DNA of 64,000 bases from Podarcis erhardii (taxonomy: Eukaryota): assembly GCA_964252035.1 (NCBI GenBank), contig OZ176202.1. One strand, given 5' to 3'. A program made the position numbers and the translations under genes. The stretch's first letter is position 1. Each line of letters starts with the position of its first letter. The notes beneath the pieces were generated by a model, which saw only the letters and a list, made by a program, of their open reading frames with translations, had not been told where the DNA came from and did no database searches. This document shows, in pieces, positions 1-12,829 of this stretch.

Positions 1-445
1 TAGTGTGTCACCCTGATACAAGTCTTAAAATAAAATCATTAGGAAATTATTCGCATCAGCCTCTTGAATCTCTCTCGCTCAGAATGAGTGGAACAACTTA
101 AGCCAACTTCCATAAATACTCTCTCAAGAATGGACTTAGAATTGGATAAGAGCCCCAGAAAATTGTTGTCATCCTGATGTACCAATGAGAATGTATGTCC
201 CATGATCAAACAGTGAACAAAAGATTCCAAAAGATTGTGCAATCCCCTGCTAATTTCTTGGTAAAGACCATTAACCAAGCTGCCACTGCAGTCTCAGTGC
301 TGCTCCAAAATCAGATTGTAAAGAATAAAAAAACCAGCTGTCACCCAGATGTGCAAGCAGTACGATGTGCTTCCATGGTTCAATGCTGTATGTCATTATC
401 ACTTGTTTTCCTCACATTGCAAGTTCAGTTCTGAATATTACTTAC

Positions 446-572
446 CGGCTGTTTGTGTCTCCGTGCTGTTCAGGTTAATAAATCCAGACAGCTTTTCCTC
501 TTCCTCTTTCAGTTTGTGCTCAAGTCTTCTTACTGAATCTATGCTCCCACTGCATTCGCCCAGAAGCTTCAT
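446..572 (-). CDS. SYNE1: SYNE1 exon (MKLLGECSGSIDSV...TETQTA), 127 nt, phase 0/1
   Basis: GAACAG acceptor, CCG|GTAAGT donor. Confidence 0.96.
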
Positions 573-1154
573 CTGTTCGAAAAAGAGAGAAATCACTTCT
601 CATTATTCATGACCATGCTGGAGAAACAACAGAACTAAGAGCAAAATCCTAGGAAGTAAGTCACACTGAGTTCAATGGGGCTTACAGTCAGGTAAGTATA
701 CATGGGATTACAATTTAAGATTCTAACTACAAAACAATTTGCATCCTAGTTCTTAATACAAGTCATTCCATGATGTGATAGATAGAACTCCACTGTCTTA
801 ATGGTTTGAAAACTTTGTATGACTATCCCCTTGTTTTTAATGGCAATTAAACACAAGAAGGAGAGAGATTATGGGCTAACAGAAATGTTTTTGCTATTGC
901 TGAAATTTCAGATATTTAACTAAGAAACTAATGCAGAGTATAAAGAAGAAGGAGCTAAAACTGAGATCACAGTTTGCTTTTAACAGGCACTTCAGGAATC
1001 ATTGTTAATGTTTTCTTTACTGAGATGTGAGTTGCTGCTGGGCAAGCACTAAATCTATAGTAATTCACCAGATTGGGATCTAAAAACCCTTGGACAAAAC
1101 CCCACTTAAGATGTACATCCAGTGCAATTTTTAAAAAAGTTTTTCCACTTAACA

Positions 1155-1222
1155 GCATTGCAAAGGGTTGGACTAGATGGCTCTCATGGTCTCTTCCAAA
1201 ACTACAATTCTAGGATTCTATG
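1155..1222 (+). mobile_element. CR1-type 3' tail fragment (CR1 LINE or CR1-tailed SINE)
   Basis: gcattgc..ggttggactagatg..ttccaa..ctacaattcta(g)gattctatg, the same tail as the SINE at 29078-29230. Confidence 0.6.
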
Positions 1223-2704
1223 CATCACAAACTGTTTTTGAGAGATCAGTTTCCAAATAGGTTTTCTCTTGTGACCTGGTGGTGGTGGCAGCAGCTGTCC
1301 AAGAGTCCCCTGCACAAGCAGAACTAGTTGCATGGCTCACTATATCCTTGCCCACCTGTCCAGATCACAGTTCACCATATCACACAAATCTTCAAAATGT
1401 TGGTGTGTGTGATTTATTAAGTTATTGCTTTTTTCATAAGTTACCAGTTCTATTATTCCCTGCCTGTGTCTGCTTTCCATTGCAGCTCCTGACCGCTGGA
1501 ATGCTCTTCCTTCTGTCATTTTGGTGTTCAAGAAATCTGAGGATGAATCTCTTCACTCCCAGCTCCTCCCCGCCCCCCAGTATTGTCCTGTTTTTAATTA
1601 TTTTTCAAGCCTTTCTTGTATGGATTTAGCTTTAGGTGCTGTATGAATAATAATAAATTTAGAAAACACTTAAAATGTGTGGCACACATGTACCCCCCCC
1701 AAAAAAAAAAACCAGAAGGAAGAAAGCTTCAGGAGAACTCCACAAACAGCCCCATCATAGCACAGAATGCTGAGAGACTGAGAGGGTGTGGGGGAAACCC
1801 TGAGATAGAGAAATAGAACAGAGTGGTTGAACAGGAGGAAAGAGGAATGTATATGGAAGAAACAACACCATCATTGTCTGGGTAGATCACTTCCTGGTTT
1901 ACACCAAGAAGTTATTTTTCAGTGTCTCTAGGGAGGGAAGAAAAAGTTGCCCAATGATATCAGTGTAGAACCGAAAACATTTAATGCACCTAAACCAGGT
2001 GCGAGTGAGTTCAAACTCTAAAGACAGGAAAGAACTCCTGCCAGTTCTCAGTTTTTATTCAGTGTGAGACATTTAAGAAACAACCCGAGTAAGGAAAATT
2101 CCAAAACAAAGCAGTTCACTGTCCCTAAATTGTTAGCTTAAAGTAGCTATTCCTGGAAAAGAGTGACTTATAACAGCCCAGAAGTATATCTCTCACGCTG
2201 TGAGCCAGACTCTAGGTGATTTACTGTGTTGTCCAGAGGTATTAGATCCATATTGCAAGCTGGGCTGAAGCTGAGAGTAGCTTACAACAATTCTGCAGTG
2301 TTTTCTATTGCTTTCTCCCCCCCCCCCCAATTCACATTGGGCTGACAAAAATCCCACAGTACAATTCATTTTTAAATCTATTGCAAGTAGAAGTGATAGG
2401 CTGGCAGAGTGGTTTTCCTGTGGTGTAGCACATTGCTAATATTGCAATCCAGAGGTGGGATTACTTAAATTTACTCAGTCCAAATCAACCACTTAATTGC
2501 TAATGTGCAACAACTAAAAGGAATAATAAATTTTGCATTTGATGGAAGGAACTCTATATCTGATGCTAACTTTACCCCCCCCCCCAAACCCTCTCAGCAA
2601 CTGGCTCAGGTAAGACACACACATCACGAATAGCAACAATACGAATAGCAATGAATAGCAATTTTATGTCCAGCCACCAGGAGGGCTAAGCTCACAGTAC
2701 TTAC

Positions 2705-2847
2705 ATAGCCTTTGTAGCTAGAATCTAGTTCCGGCCCTGTTGGTGTTTTACTGCGGATTATGTTCTCTGTTTGCTGTATTTGGAAACGGCTGGTGTCTAA
2801 GGCCTTGTCAAGCTGTCGGATGTGTGTTTCTAAGGAACATGGTTCTC
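2705..2847 (-). CDS. SYNE1: SYNE1 exon (EPCSLETHIRQLDKALD...SYKGY), 143 nt, phase 1/0
   Basis: CTACAG acceptor, TAT|GTAAGT donor. Confidence 0.96.
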
Positions 2848-3115
2848 CTGTAGAAAATATAGACAGATAGATGTTACCAAACTGAAATGTCTCAGTGAGT
2901 AGGAGAAAACACTGAAGGTGGTGCTACTAGGTTTGAAAGCATGACAAAGAGTTAATTACAATAGCATGCAGGTGACAATTAGATTTGTAACTATTATACA
3001 AACATATCTGCAACTATGTTGGTTAGTGTGTGTACTGAGAAATGAATAATTTTTAAGGAGGACATATCAGGAAAATTCAATTCCCCAAAACAATTCTAGA
3101 AGACTAAGCACTCTG

Positions 3116-3215
3116 AAGTATCTGAAGAAGTGTGCATGCACACGAAAGCTCATACCTAGAACTAACTTAGTTGGTCTTTAAGGTGCTACTGGAAGGAATT
3201 TTTTTATTTTGTTTT
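3116..3215 (+). mobile_element. Short Penelope-like element 3' fragment
   Basis: Near-identical to 57585-57680; flanked by a 7-bp duplication cactctg (3109-3115, 3216-3222). Confidence 0.8.
3118..3155 (+). ncRNA. Minimal type I hammerhead ribozyme motif (Penelope-associated)
   Basis: GTAT-CTGAAGA-A-GTGTGCATGCACAC-GAAA-GCTC-ATAC: stem I GUAU/AUAC, catalytic core, palindromic stems II and III. Confidence 0.65.
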
Positions 3216-3263
3216 CACTCTGCACTCGTTTCATTGTATCCTCAGACATTTTGCAGTACTGTA

Positions 3264-3453
3264 CAGTGGTACTTCATGTTACATAACCTCCAGGTTACGG
3301 AATCTTCGGGTTATGGCCGCACCGCTCGTGCATTCACAGAAGCGCTCTGCGTGCCGCATGGGTGCGCAGAAGCGCTCTATCATGCCGCGTGGATTTTTTG
3401 ATGTGTGCATGGCACCCTGAAACGAATTAAATCCGTAACCAGAGGTACCACTG
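3264..3453. mobile_element. Tc1/mariner-type MITE
   Basis: TIRs CAGTGGTAC(T/C)TC / GAGGTACCACTG flanked by TA on both sides; internal repeat cagaagcgctct x2. Confidence 0.8.
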
Positions 3454-3584
3454 TATTTGTGCTAAGCAGGCAACTGGTAAGAGCCTAGAAACTGCTGCAC
3501 TCCCCACACACCCTGTATAAATGCTGGGGAATTTTATAGTCTCAGCATGCACATACACATTTACTTGAAAGTAAGTCTCTCTGA

Positions 3585-3910
3585 TGTGGGTGGCACTGTG
3601 GGTTAAACCACAGAGCCTAGGGCTTGCCGATCAGAAGGTCGGTGGTTCGAATCCCCGCGACGGGGTCAGCTCCCGTTGCTCGGTCCCTGCTCCTGCCAAC
3701 CTAGCAGTTCGAAGGCACGTCAAAGTGCAAGTAGATAAATAGGTACCGCGTTTCCGTGTGCTGCTCTGGTTCGCCAGAAGCGGCTTAGTCATGCTGGCCA
3801 CATGACCCGGAAACTGTACGCCAGTTCCCTCGACCAATAAAGCGAGATGAGCGCTGCAACCCCAGTGTCATCCACGACTGGACGTTGTCAGAGGTGCCTT
3901 TACCTTTACC
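3585..3910 (+). mobile_element. Sauria SINE, near full length
   Basis: tRNA-like head (ggtggcactgtgg..ggttcgaatccc), diagnostic body, (tttacc)n tail; 13-bp TSD taagtc(t/c)ctctga. Confidence 0.9.
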
Positions 3911-4774
3911 TAAGTCCCTCTGAATTCAAAAGGGCTAACTTTTGAGTAGATGTGTATAGCGTTGTACAAATAAATAAAGTTTTCCTAGATTTTCCTGAAA
4001 ACTTGAAAATATTTGTAATGCTCTGAGCATTACTGCTAATTTTCTGGTATGGCAAGAAGGCATTATGCTAAAACACATGGAAATCTGGAAGAACATGGCC
4101 TTGAACAGTAAATTAAACTGTAAAGCAGTGAAGTGACCATAGGACAAATGTTTTGCTATGGAAAATGACTTAAAGACTTCTCCATTAAAGCCATTTCAGG
4201 GTGCCTTATTTCTTCTTCAGAAATATTGGACAATAGCCTTTATCTTACTAATATTGTGATATTTCAAACTGCAAGAGGGTTAGAGAATATAGAATCAGAA
4301 AGGGAGATGTTATCCTAGTTTCATATCCTCTTCTCCCAACCCTCCAAAGCTGATTCATTCTGGGGGGCAGGGGTGGAATGTTAGTGATAATGTACTTCAG
4401 ATTTGTTTAAGGAAGATGTAAGACAGAGGCTCTGGCTTTTGAGAAGTGTGTTATCCTAAATATCCTTTTACTCTCTTAAAACACTGTGATTCTATGATTT
4501 CTATCTCCCAACTCTCCCCAGGAAGCACAAGTTACATAGATGACCTATTTCCCCCTCAATTCATAGGCTATGCAACAGGAATATTAATACCATTATTTTA
4601 AGCAGAATACTAAATATATAAGCAAATATCCTTATTTTCGATCAACATGCTGGCACTGATGTGTGAAGAAGAGTGGCTGGGATAAGTAGTGACTAAGAAA
4701 GCAGATATGCCAAGTAAGAAGGCAGTGTTATTGGTGGTTTAGGTCTGGCAATCTTTATGATATCTGTTGCCTAC

Positions 4775-4843
4775 CATAGACATTTCTAAGAGCATTTTCA
4801 GTAAGTTTTATATAGGCCTCAGGGCTCCCAGGGATCACTATAT
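4775..4843 (-). CDS. SYNE1: SYNE1 DV23-type 69-nt cassette exon (DIVIPGSPEAYIKLTENALRNVY)
   Basis: TTTTTCCAG acceptor, ATG|GTAGGC donor, symmetric phase 1/1; resembles recalled human DVMIPESPEAYVKLTENAIKNTS. Confidence 0.93.
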
Positions 4844-6203
4844 CTGGAAAAATAAAACACAACCCAAAATGACTGCTTATCAACAATTATTTCAGTCTCC
4901 TTTGCGTCAGGCACTGAATCTCCCAAAAGGAGAGTAAACCACCAGTTCTACTGCTTTTGAGACATTAACTGAAATTAATCTTTGTGTATTCTCCAAAAAT
5001 GGTTCAAGGATCCAAATGAAACAGGCAACAAGGAGAAACCCAAATGTGCAATTGCATGATGAGAGACCAGAACTGTATATTTCAGTAGGACCAAACATGC
5101 AACCCCCATCTTGTTGTACTTCTGATAATGAAGCCTCATGAACAGAAGCGTATTCTGTGACTTTAATCTGTTTTTATTTATTTATTTTAACCCTGGGACC
5201 TACTGGTGAACAACATCTGGGAACAGTGTGCTTGCTGGGTAAGCTAGGCTTTTAGTCTGTCCTTGCAGGGATGTCCTTGTAATTCCCAGCTAAATCTTAG
5301 TTTTTGTATTGTTAGGCGTATGTATTTCAAAGAAACAAGCATAACTGAATACACATGCTTCCTGTTTGACATGGAAACCAGTGTTTTGTAACTATGTATT
5401 GGACCAGGACACAAAAATATAAATCAGGCTTAGGTTTGTGGCAGATGTGCATGTTATGCTCACTTTTGGGAGTCTCATTAAATTCCATAGTACTATGGAA
5501 ACACTCACAGGATCAAGTTGACGCCATCCTTTTACCTCTGCTGCACTGTCCCACAGAAACTGTCTTATTAAAATATTCTGCATGATTGTTATTTTCTAGG
5601 ACCAGCATGGTCACACAGCTAAGCATGTTTAACCCATGAGTCTTAAGAGTCAAAACGGCACTGCTAAATTCCCACTAATGTCAACTCCTGTCTTACCTAA
5701 ACAAGGGGTGTGCCTGATCCTTTTTGAACATGGCACCCATGAGTTTGACACCACAGACTTTTAGCTGTGTGCTAGGCAAGGCAGTGTGAGGTTGTTTTTC
5801 ACACATCATTGTGGTGGCTTGGAATACAGCAGCTGGCATTGCAGAAGCATTCCCTTTACTAGTTCAACACATGGGGGCTAATTAAAAACAAAATTCATCA
5901 AAGTTCATGAGACTAGGCCCTGAACCACAATGACTTCAAGTCCAGCTATTAACTAAACTCAAAGTTTTCCAGAAAAATTTGTCTTCTGTGACTGCTATGA
6001 CTAATAGGGTAGCGCCAGCTAATCTATTCTGTCTGAAAAAATCTCTTCCAGTTCCTTCTCTGACAGTCTATGAAAATTTCCTAAAAAGCAACCATATGTC
6101 AGAGCTGTTCATTGGCCAAGAACTAGGCCAATAAAGGTCAGCTGATTTAGAAATGTCCCTGCAGAGCTGTATGAAGGGATTAGAGATGGGTGAGTGATTA
6201 TAC

Positions 6204-6537
6204 CTGCTAGGCTTGCTGCTCCTCTGAGATAAAACTCTTTGTCTTCTTGCCCCTCCACTTCTTCAGAATGCAGCGCTCTCGAAACGGCCGTCTCCAGGTC
6301 CCGGCTCAGGTCATAGTCATGATCCCATTCCAAGGGGATGGAATCTACACTAGCAGGAGTGTCACGTCCTGACCTTTCACTTCGGAGAGGCTGGGGAAGA
6401 GACAGTGAGAGGTTGGAGGAAGGGTGTGGAGAGAGGACACTGTCTGCAGATTTGTCATGCCAGTGTATGTCAGAAAGATCTCCCGATTCATCCAGATCCA
6501 CTTCGCGATCAGAGAGGTCATGCTCATCATCTGTGAG
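6204..6537 (-). CDS. SYNE1: SYNE1 exon (LTDDEHDLSDRE...ASLA), 334 nt, adaptive-domain region with the LEWD kinesin-light-chain-binding motif at 6322-6333
   Basis: TTCTAG acceptor, CAG|GTATAA donor; SERSGRDTPASVDSIPLEWDHDYDLSRDLE matches recalled human nesprin-1. Confidence 0.97.
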
Positions 6538-7193
6538 CTAGAAGGAAACATTAAAGAGTCAATTAATAGTCTTCTCAATGGATCAGTGCTAGCTCTAGCT
6601 AGGTCAATAAGATAAAAGTGTCATTGTGTAACATTCAAACTCACAACATTCTCATTATGCTTCTTTCTTTTCTGGTTTTATGGGTGTGTTGTTGTTTTTA
6701 AAACTCCCATATAACACTAATAAAAAAAAGCTAAAAATAAGCATGTCTTGTATGTTTAGTGCTCATCTCTATGGCTGCCTATCAGGTAATTGTCTCTGTT
6801 AGATAACATCTCCTTCCAGCCAGGAAATTTACTGCAGTATCTCAGAAATGAGCCAAAATAGTCATGCATTTGGACCAGTACTAGGTCCTTTTCTTTCATC
6901 TTCTGAAAACAGCAGTCTGATTTCCAGATATTTCTTATGTACTTCTCTTTTGCATTTTCAGCCTGGAAACTTAAATGAATAATGATGCCTCTCTAGATTT
7001 AGAAGTGTACCTTTCTGCATAGAAACAAAATAATGGTCCAGTGGGATCCACTGTGCAGTCCATTATGAATTGTGTAGCTCTGATCTTGCAAATTTCATGC
7101 TTATGCATTCACAAAGCTTTAAATTTACCATACTGAATGTCCTACCTCTGTAAGGCTTTCAACAATTGCTTATGGTGAAAAAAAAAAACTTAC

Positions 7194-7385
7194 CGGGAGG
7201 CGGATTAGTTTTTTATGATACCGTTCAACTCGGCCAAAGACCTCCTGGCAGTATCGTCGAAGCTCATCAAGCTCTTCTTCAATGACAGCTGCATCCAGAG
7301 GCTCACTTTTTTCTATCAGCTGCTCACCCTGGGCAATGATCTGTTCAATTTTGTTGTTGTTCAATGATATCTCCTGCTGAAAGGC
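7194..7385 (-). CDS. SYNE1: SYNE1 exon (AFQQEISLNNNKIEQ...LIRLP), 192 nt
   Basis: ATGCAG acceptor, CCG|GTAAGT donor. Confidence 0.97.
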
Positions 7386-7581
7386 CTGCATAGCATAGTT
7401 ATAATTAAATTTTAAGGGGTGTGTGTGAAATGTTTCTAGTAAACATATTAATTAAAAGATCATTATAACACCTGTTATTTAAATACAGATATTTCAAGAC
7501 AGTTAAGATAACCATTAAATTAGTTCATTTACTGAAAATGTTGTATCTATAAAACATTTATATTATGGAGAGTATCTAGAT

Positions 7582-7712
7582 CAGTCTTCTGTAACCTAGT
7601 GCTCTCCAGATCTCTCGGGACTTCAACTCCCATCAGCCCCCGCCAGCACTGGCTAGGAATAATGGAAGTGGTAATTCCAAACATCTGGGGAGCACCAGGT
7701 TGCTGAAGCCTG
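7582..7712. mobile_element. Palindromic hAT-type MITE, diverged copy
   Basis: Same architecture as 35154-35289 (ctccagat..aactcccatc..aacatctgg). Confidence 0.65.
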
Positions 7713-8441
7713 GTATACAACCAAGCACACAGCTAACCAGGCAGTTGATTATCCCATAGGTAAACAGAATAGAAGGAAGAACACAAAGATTCTCAAGCCA
7801 TACTCTTGCATTGTCAAACCGCTTAAGAAGCCAATCAACAAAGATAATGTATATTGTATTCTATTTTATATTGTTATTATACACCACCTGGAAATAACAC
7901 ATAAAGATCCTGCATTCCTAATCTGTTATGTTAGTTGGTGACAATTTCACTTTATTTAAGTTCTTTCAGACTCAGGTGCATACCAAGGTTTTAAAATATT
8001 TAAACAGTTATCAGTATAAACAAAATATATGTGTTTTTTGAGGCACCATCTACAACACAGTTGTTCAGTCATGGTGCCTTCAGCAATAGCCCAAATGATA
8101 TAATTTGTGGGCAAGTTCAGACAGAAGACTGATGTGATCCTATCTACTGTCAGGAGTCTATATTCAGTTCTTTCACCACACAGACCTGATTCCTGGAACA
8201 AAAGTATCCTTAGTTGTTTTACACTGCAGAGCTAATGCAAAATAGGCACACAGGTGGAAAGTCAACTTGACTTCAAAACAAAACAAAACATGCCACTAGT
8301 ATCACAGGAACCTAGACATTTGGCAGAAGACCTGAATCCAGGAACTCCTGAGTATGGGGAACCACAACTGCCACCAAGAGAAGCAATGACGATGGACCCT
8401 TAATCGTTGCTCCATCTACTGTTTCCCACTGTGACGTGGAA

Positions 8442-8615
8442 GGGAAGGGCTGTGGCTCAGTGGCAGAACACATACTTTACAAAAGGTCCAGATTCAATCC
8501 CCAGAATCTCTGTGTAGGGATGGAAATATTCACTGTCTGAAAGCCTTCAGAGCTGTTGCCAGTCAGTGTGGATAATACTGCACTAGATGGACCAATAGCC
8601 TGATTCAGCTTCCAT
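8442..8615 (+). mobile_element. tRNA-derived squamate SINE (Squam3-like), diverged
   Basis: A-box tggctcagtgg, B-box-like gattcaatccc, body gccagtcagtgtggataatact..ctagatggaccaat. Confidence 0.6.
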
Positions 8616-8648
8616 CTAATAATAATGCCATCTAATAATACCATCTTC

Positions 8649-8690
<42 letters not shown>

Positions 8691-8703
8691 GCAGCAGCAG
8701 CAG
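8649..8703. repeat. (AAT)n microsatellite followed by (GCA)4
   Basis: Directly visible. Confidence 0.95.
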
Positions 8704-9252
8704 CTTCCATCTAAGAATCTTTAGTTAGGACAAATCTTTAGTTAGGACAAAACCGAAATGTCCCCTCAGCTCAAAAATGTTCACTTGTACAAAGGGACCT
8801 TCTCCTCTCTATTCCCTTGTGTGCACCTTGTCCCCTCCCCATATCTGCCGTGGAGGGTTGAGGGTAAATCCAGTACAGATTTAGGGAGCACGCTGGGGAA
8901 GTAGTGCTCTTGGGCAAGTGGAAATCCTTGCACTGATGAAAGGCTTACTTGGTGCTACTTTAGATACAACCCAGTGACTTGTGCTGGGCATTTCTCCATC
9001 TCTTCTCTAAATATGGGTAAAGAAAAGCAACTCGTGAACAAACAATTAAACTTTCAGATGTCATCTGTTTGCTTTCACTTGCCAGAACTGATTTACTTGG
9101 TGTGGGCTGAGAATCCCGCTTAGTGCTTTCCTTTCCATTTTCATGTTTATGAAACTTGCTCCGAAATAAACCTTTTAAATAATGTGTAAAGTGCTTATTG
9201 GGTTTTTTTGTTTTGTTTTGTTCCTGTGTGCCTATAGGTTGCATTTCTATAC

Positions 9253-9390
9253 CTTGAGCTGCTTTATCTTGGCCTGAACATCACACTCTGAGAAATGTTC
9301 AATGTTGGTTAACTGTAGATCCATCTCTGTAAGCCATACTAGAATGCTGTCGCGTGCCGTCTCAAACTCCTCACGCTGACCAATGAAATG
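9253..9390 (-). CDS. SYNE1: SYNE1 exon (HFIGQREEFETARDSILVW...KQLK), 138 nt
   Basis: TTTTTAG acceptor, AAG|GTATAG donor. Confidence 0.97.
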
Positions 9391-9575
9391 CTAAAAAAGG
9401 AAATAAACCTAATTTAAATGCTTATAGCCTTCAACTTTATCAAACATAACTTAAACAGAACCACCACAACTACCACATCAATTAATAAAACTGCAATGTT
9501 CTCAACAGCAACTCCCCCCTTCCCCTGATCCAAAAATATACCACCATAAGGAATGAACTACGAATGGAGAAATAC

Positions 9576-9758
9576 TTTAAGCCTGCGGAGGATGGAGGTC
9601 ACTCGCTTTTGTAAATTGTCCCATCTCTGGTTTCCTTCATGGACCATCTGCTTAAGGCTGCAAGCAGAGTCAGTGCGGTTCTCTCGGGCCAAGCGGCGGT
9701 ACTGCTTGTTAATCAGTTCCAGCTGAGTCAGGCTTTCATGAACTTGTCGCTGAAAAGC
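9576..9758 (-). CDS. SYNE1: SYNE1 exon (AFQRQVHESLTQLELINK...LRRLK), 183 nt
   Basis: TTGTAG acceptor, AAA|GTATTT donor, 61 codons. Confidence 0.96.
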
Positions 9759-12678
9759 CTACAAGAATAGCAGCAACAAAAGAGCCTATTAGAGCACTGG
9801 CCTCTGTAAATCATGGTTTGTATTTTCCTTGTCCTTGACCTTGGCAACAGTACCACAGAAGAGAAGAGATCTTTGTAGATGGAAATTACTATCAAGGATA
9901 TTACATGCATGTATGAAGGGGTAATTTAAGAAGTGACTTTTGATTGGTGCTACAATATTCTACCGAGAATAAATGAATTCAGTTTTCCCTTAAGTGAATC
10001 CAGAGCTACACAACACATGTGATACTGGGATGTCACTGGATGAGACCAAAAGCACATCTAGTGCTGCATCCTGTTTTCACAGTGGCCAATAAGATGCCTA
10101 TGGGAAGCCTGCAAGCAGGACCGAAGTACAAAATCAGTCTCTCCATTTGTGAGTCTCATATGATCAAAACATTTTTCGTTATGGGAATTCAAGGACTTAG
10201 GATGTTGGGCAGTAATAATTTGTGATCCTACAAAACATCCTCTTGGAAAACAAAGTAGATGGTGTGTGTGTGTTTGGGTGTGCTAAATCAACATTGGGAG
10301 TGGGAATGAATTTTCCATTACAACAAATTGGCTAAAGATCCTAGTCATAATTTTTCCGTTGTCCTGTAGCTTGGTGTTTTTCCTTGAGTTATTAAAAGTT
10401 TTGAAGCAGCAAAAGTCCCCACAGGATTCTTCCCATAAATTAACAACTCAGGTTAAATGTCAATACGTGGAAAGTAAAAACGTGGATAGGTAAGAAAGAA
10501 CGAAGAGAAAAGAAGAGAAGAGAGTTTTCAAATGCAATGGAAATGGTAATCAGAGGAACAAAACATGTGTTAAGATCAGCAAAGTATCTCTCTTACAGAA
10601 ACAAAATGCACCTGTCTCTAAATGTATGACAAATACATTTTATAAGAGGCAGCCCTTATGTCTAGTGAATCACAGTTGCCATGTAATCTGTTAGTAACTT
10701 TTGTTCAAAGGATGGACAGCTGCACATGCTTTCAAGCTCTCAGTGCTGTATTAACAAGAACATGTTTCTAAACTGACTTTAGCAACATCGTTTACAGTGA
10801 AGTTCAAAAAATATCTTCTCAGAATTAAGTCACAGAGTCACACAAATGAATTAAGTCATTTAGACTTGTTCCTAGGTGAGTGTGTTTAAGCCTGAAGCCC
10901 CAGTCGCCGGTTAGTGGCAATGGCATGAGTGAGAACCGTCACATCACCTAAGCCAGAATTTTAGAATCCTCATCCTGATAATCAACCAAAAGCACCATTA
11001 AGGACATAATCAGAGAAACTCAGAGAAACTCTTGATAACAATTTAGGTTCTTGGTACATACAAACTCTACAGAAAGACCAATGTATGGTTTTTAAAAACC
11101 TTGTGGTGTGACGATTCACAAACAAGGAGAGGCTCCTGTCCCTTTAAGAAACTGTATATAGAAGGTGGCATTTCAGAAAGTGATGCTGTTCCTCTTCTAC
11201 ACAATTGTTACAGGAATCTCACCCTCTTTTGCCTTTTGTCGCCTTAAATCCTTATTCTGTGACAGAATATAGAAATAGTGAATGAAAGAAAAGTTCCAAA
11301 GCCAGCTAGAAATATTTTTGGAGCTTTTCAGTGAACACTGAATTTTTATTCAACAGTAATTATACAATTCAGCATGTAGGAAGGGGAAAGTGATTTGAAA
11401 CAGTCGGAATAAAAGGAGATGAGACAAAAATTACAGGGCACTAGCTTCAAGACGAAATCAAGCTAGTTTTAATAAAAAAGGCTAATAAAATATACTTGGT
11501 TGAGTTTCAGTGGAAATCATTAAATATATGAATCTTCAGTGAGTTAGGGGCAAAGGAAATGAGTAAGAAGAAAAGTTTGAAGAACATTTTTCTTCAGAGA
11601 AATTGATTACTCATCCTGCAAACCAAATAATGCATATGAGTGTTTGCATGATGAAGTTCTACTTGGAAGAGCCTGGCAATAGTTTGCAAATGAAATTAAA
11701 GAGAAAATAAAGGATGGTGGGAAATTACCAAGTTTTTAAAAATTAATAACTTGCGTAAAATTGGATGGTAAGGAATGTATTGAACAGTTCTCTACACTGT
11801 ACAATCAGAAAACTCATAGTGTTCACATTAAATATTTTCAGTCCCCTAAATCATGCCAATTAGCCAATTATAGCCAGTTAGCTGCTTCCTGGTTCAGGCA
11901 AAGCTTGCTTGCATTGAAATTGGCAAACTATGGTTTGCATATGCTCACCAAACCAGATTTAAAACCTATATTTTGAAGCTGTTTTCCAATACTGGTATGA
12001 ATGTTAAAGATTACCTATGGTTTGCCTGAATTAAGCAGTAACTAAAGACTCTTGAGGGCCTGAAGTAAAGACAAAATCCCATTCCTTCAAAGGATGATTT
12101 GGAGATTTGGAAACAATGGCTGCATTCACACATGCTGCTAACTCACTATTTAGCATTCATGCATGAGCCTTGTGCCCACTCCTCTTGCCACTTTTCTCAA
12201 GGATGAGACTAGAAGGTTTTGCTTCCAATTTTCAACTGACCATGGATACTTGTTAGGCTGGAACCATCGACTGTGGTTGGTGTTGAAATACGGGAAAACA
12301 AGCCGGTATTAACCAGATTTGAAGCTAGCTTGTTTACTTAACCCAGAGTTAACACTAACTAGTTTGTCTGGTTTAAGACTTAAGAATTAACTACAGTGAG
12401 TTAAAAACAGAAGGGAAAACATCCTATTGCCTTCTTGTAGCTGTGCTAAAGGAGAAGGGGTGGGTGGGCAGAAGAAACTGAGGCCTATAGCATTATGGAA
12501 AGAGTGAGCTTTCTTTGTCTCTAGCCAATTATTTCTCATGAGATGGCTGCAAAAGTATTAATCATTCTATATTAATAAAGAACTTCCCTATCAAGTAACA
12601 TGTTCTCTGACAGGGCAAGAATACGCTCACTGCTGTAATAGGATCAAAAGGTAATATATTTCAAATGTAACAAGTCAC

Positions 12679-12829
12679 CTCAAATTTCTTTAGTTCTTCC
12701 TTAGCAACCGTGTACAGTACGCCAGAAGAACTAGGGAAAGCAGCTGTTCTTTCAGAAATTTTTAGCCAATCTTCAAAGCGAGAATAATCATCCAGGAACT
12801 TTTGCCATAGTCTCCATGTCTCTTCAATC
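12679..12829 (-). CDS. SYNE1: SYNE1 exon (IEETWRLWQKFLDDY...KKFE), 151 nt, phase 2/0
   Basis: CTTCAG acceptor, GAG|GTGACT donor. Confidence 0.97.

Noticed and set aside
1441-1590. Open minus-strand stretch ending in a G|GTAACT donor, a possible extra exon
   Set aside because: Phase 1/1 whereas the host intron is phase 0; purine-rich acceptor; no nesprin similarity
2626-2661. Short repeats considered as a CRISPR-like array
   Set aside because: Vertebrate intron; repeats too short and no spacer architecture or cas genes anywhere in the window
6731-6740. MEF2 consensus CTAAAAATAA
   Set aside because: Isolated match in AT-rich intron, expected by chance
8477-8710. ORF with a poly-Ile/poly-Ala run
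   Set aside because: Translation of (AAT)n and (GCA)n microsatellites
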